Shown: piece by piece, positions 60,387 to 64,000 of the stretch | How positions within the stretch are numbered: position 1 is the stretch's first letter | Layout: the number at the start of each line of letters is the position of its first letter | Source of the DNA: Antedon mediterranea | Taxonomy: Eukaryota > Animalia > Echinodermata | Assembly (NCBI RefSeq): GCF_964355755.1 | Contig: NC_092677.1 | Location: 7,338,101 to 7,402,100, forward strand | Length of the DNA stretch: 64,000 nucleotides | Direction: 5' to 3' | Notes under the pieces: generated by a model | The model's input: only the letters and a program-made list of their open reading frames with translations | The model's database searches: none | Told to the model about the DNA's origin: nothing | Made by a program: the position numbers and the translations under genes

Positions 60387-63300
60387 CTGAAAAAGGAAGG
60401 TGTGAAAATCAATTAGAAAAAAGCGGATATGTTTACAGTGTAATTTAATCTACCATTAGACTTATTATACAGTATACTGTCTGGCTTAAACTTACAAATT
60501 ATTTATATTGCCAAACAAATAAATTGTATTTTAAACAAGGGGAAGAAAGATAAAAACTGTTCACTTTTTTTGAAATTTAATTTTATTAATGTGGTTTTAT
60601 TAATGGCTACTATAGTACATTATAGAAAAGTAATAATAAATATGAGTAATAAAAACTTTTACAAATTATTTATATATTAATTTAAATTGCGTTTTTTTTA
60701 TTGGCTACAAACAAATAAAATATATTGTAAACCAGAGAAGGAAAGATAAAAACATTTTGTTCAATTAATGTGGTTTATTTATTACTGGTTACAAACAAAA
60801 TGTTTTTAAAAAGTAGTAGTATTGTAAACTATAGAAAAGTAACAAGACTAACATTTTTTCAAATGAAACAGTATTAGAGTATTATTGGCTTCTTAACAAA
60901 ATATGAAAAAACAAACAAAATGAATAGTATTTTAAACTATGGAAGTCACACTAAGTGCATGTAGTGGTTGTTGCAGTTACAGTACAAGACAAGACCACTG
61001 TCTGGGATGTGGCAACTCGGACAAGACTGCATACATTTTTTAGACTAAGACAGAAATGAAAAAAAAACTTGAACAAAAGACACTCATTATGTTCAATTTC
61101 CCATCGATTTACTAAAAACATATAGTCATGTTGCTGCAATCCACCATTTTGTTTTGTTCTGTCGCTTTTTTAAGTCCAAATGTAACAAACTTTCGAAGAA
61201 TTAAAATTATTTTACAATAACTATAATTATTTATATAGCTATTTTTTTGGACAAATTGGAACATTTATTTAAAAAAAATTATTTTTAAAAAAGCAAAAAA
61301 AAAAAATGGATAAACAAAATTTAATGAGGGAGGGGGCGTAAAATTATTTAGTATGTGGGTTGCTTTATAGTAAAATTCATACAATTGAATGTTAATACAT
61401 AAATACAATCCTGTAATTGATTGTGCCGTTTATAAAAGACACATTATCATAGTATTTTTAACTTCAGCATTGTATACACAGAATACAGAAAATAACCATC
61501 TATCAATTAAGATTTTCAGTCAGACACATGGTCCAATACAGTATATACATTTAATTTGAATCAGGATCTACTTTATACAGTACATGACCTATTTTACTGT
61601 AAATTATGATATTGATTCAACTAGAGAGTGACATTTACTGAGTAGTTCAGTCAGGCTACTAAAGTGCTGGTTGTAACCAACTAGTATCTCACAAAATATA
61701 TAGTATAGCAGCTGTAAGGTGGATTTAACCAACAGATGAAGTAGTAGATTATTTAATCTATCTTATAAATAAATGGTGGGCTCCTTCAAATGAGTGCACT
61801 GCAATGTTGGTTGAAATTACTGTAGACTCACACAGTACACACATTTGGTAAAGTTATTAAAAAAGGAAGACATTTTCTATACTGTACAGTAATTTATTTT
61901 CACACCTTTGCAAAATACAGCAACGTTCAGTCTTGAAAATAGTTTGAGGTTAATAAAGAATTATGTATTTAATAGTTCTCCAGGAAAAATAAAATTTAAC
62001 AAATTATTAATGTATTGTAGTGTAGTAGTTACTGTACTTACGTTTTTTTAAGTTAGAAGGATAGAAAATCCGAACACTATTTAAAATGTTAGCAAATATG
62101 AGTGATGCAGTAGAGGACCAACAATGTAATAATATGGTGTAGGGATCTAGCTTTAATGGTAAACCACTACCTTCCTTGGAGAGCAGCAGAAGTTAACAGA
62201 CATGCCCCAACTAACTTGTTATTTTACTAGGATTATACCCCGCCAAACTCAATCCACCAATCACATTCCTTGACCTCAGTTACGCCATTTACATGGGTAC
62301 GCTGCTAAACAATCACAATAGGATGCCTAGTCAATTATCAAACTGTACCTGTCTGTCAAATGAAAGAGATAAGTGAACCAGGCATTAAATCATGAATAAT
62401 TCATGAGCCAGGTGAAAACTGCAACTGTGATTGGCAGTGATGTCAGAATCCCAATGGTCAAACAGGTAAACATACAATACAGCACAGCACTGGTGGTACT
62501 GTACAGTATTTGCAATAAACTCAACTAGTGTAGGCTGATAAGCTGTACAGTAGTAACTGTAGATGTTAAACTGTACTCAAGCTATTTAGTAAGCTGTATA
62601 GTTGGTCTAGGCATTTTGCCATCTAACCCTTTGACACACTGTTGCCAAAGCCAAAGTTTCATTCTAGCCATCTTAAGTTAACCTGTTTTGGGGAAATGGA
62701 GTTACTGTAATCTTACCTACTATACTGAAGCCCCACACTAGTCAAATTTTAAAAGAAAATTACATAATTACAGATTACTGTACACTATATTAAACTGTTT
62801 GTTTCAAGCAGAACTTTAGTACACAGTAATGAGTTAGTAGTGCTGTATTCAACATTGGCACAATACATACAGTATACTGTACATATAGCTGTCATTTCAA
62901 TCAAAAATCTACAGTACCAAAGACCTTGTGGGAAATGTGCAAAAAGCCACAAATGGGTTTCATTAGGAAAAAGACAGAATTCAAAATATTAACTTATTAA
63001 GGAATTAAGATCTTCCTGCAGTTACCATCTACTGTAGTCCACAATATTCTCTAATAACCTTTTGATTATATATAATATACAGTAATACTACTGTAATAAT
63101 AGTTTCCACAGGCAACATTAAACCACATTTGACCTGAAGTAGGTCAACAGGAAGCTAATTGAGGTTTAAAAAGTTTGTTTTCATAGGCATATGAGATCTG
63201 CGTACTACCGATAAGCACACAATAATGCGCACAAGATCTACTGAAACGAAAAAGCGGAAACGATTTATTCTAACTTCTGATCTTCGGAAAAGATGAATGG

Positions 63301-64000
63301 TTTCGATAGTCCAAGATTTGTAGACACTCTAGTAATAACGCACAATAATTTGTCAAGAAATCTGCTGATATTAAAGATAGGAACGATTCATTTCAACCTA
63401 CTATATCTAGTAGATAGAAGTGAAAAGCGTTTTTCATTAAAATTAAAACGTTTTAAAAAATGGAGAAATCTGCATTCCAGACATAAGCAAACAAAATCTT
63501 AAAAACCGATTTGCTTGAACTTGAATAACTTTTGAACCATCAATTTGTTACATGGCTACAGTATACAGTACGTACTGTAGTGTTAGTAATAATTACTGCA
63601 AGAGCACACAACGCATAACAAAATTTACTGGCATATTACAAATAAAAACTAAAAATGTTCACTTTTTGACTTCAATAATGCAAGCTTGGGAACATTCTGT
63701 AATTGTACTGTATAAAGTAGTAAATTTTAATTTCCACACAATGAATTCAAGATTTGACAGCATTTATTAGTTTTTGCCATTTCTCAAAGCTTTCTTCATC
63801 AAATGAAGAAAATTAAACAGGAACTTTCATTTTTCCGAAGACGCAGTAAATTTCCATTCATATTTTCTTATCACATGATTTTCATAATCTTGTTGTAAAA
63901 CTAGGTCAATGTAAGAGTTCAGACAAAGGTCTCTTATGAAAATTATAAGTAAAATAGTAAGTTTACTCAGACAGAAAATAACTATTGCAACTGTACATTT

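Overview
AT-rich, intron-containing eukaryotic (invertebrate animal) genomic DNA; the gene structures, a Deu-domain-type SINE and pervasive TAGGCCTA words suggest an invertebrate deuterostome such as an echinoderm (inference only). I reconstructed spliced genes by hand using GT-AG boundaries and phase checks: HMBS exon 1 (-), RPS19 (-), an SLC17/sialin-like transporter (-), PRMT5 (+), VAT1L (-, with an 11 kb first intron), single-exon POMGNT2 (+) and a 5'-partial p107/p130 pocket protein (-). RNA genes are two tRNA-Val-type sequences and a tandem array of six identical tRNA-Ala(AGC) genes plus one pseudogene, head-to-head with PRMT5. Mobile DNA includes Kolobok-like TTAA elements, P-superfamily-like MITEs with 7-bp TSDs, Harbinger- and Tc1-like MITEs, a probable Helitron, SINEs and a LINE fragment. 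The most notable observations are: (i) an 818-bp segment bounded by terminal inverted repeats and a perfect 8-bp TSD that carries both tRNA-Val sequences; (ii) a family of 11-35-bp CATGGAG...CTCCATG scars, most with 7-8-bp TSDs, that resemble P-element excision footprints, one of which disrupts a tRNA copy; (iii) AGGCCTA clusters about 150-450 bp downstream of the presumed housekeeping TSSs. Most short ORFs in the supplied track are exon read-throughs or noise.
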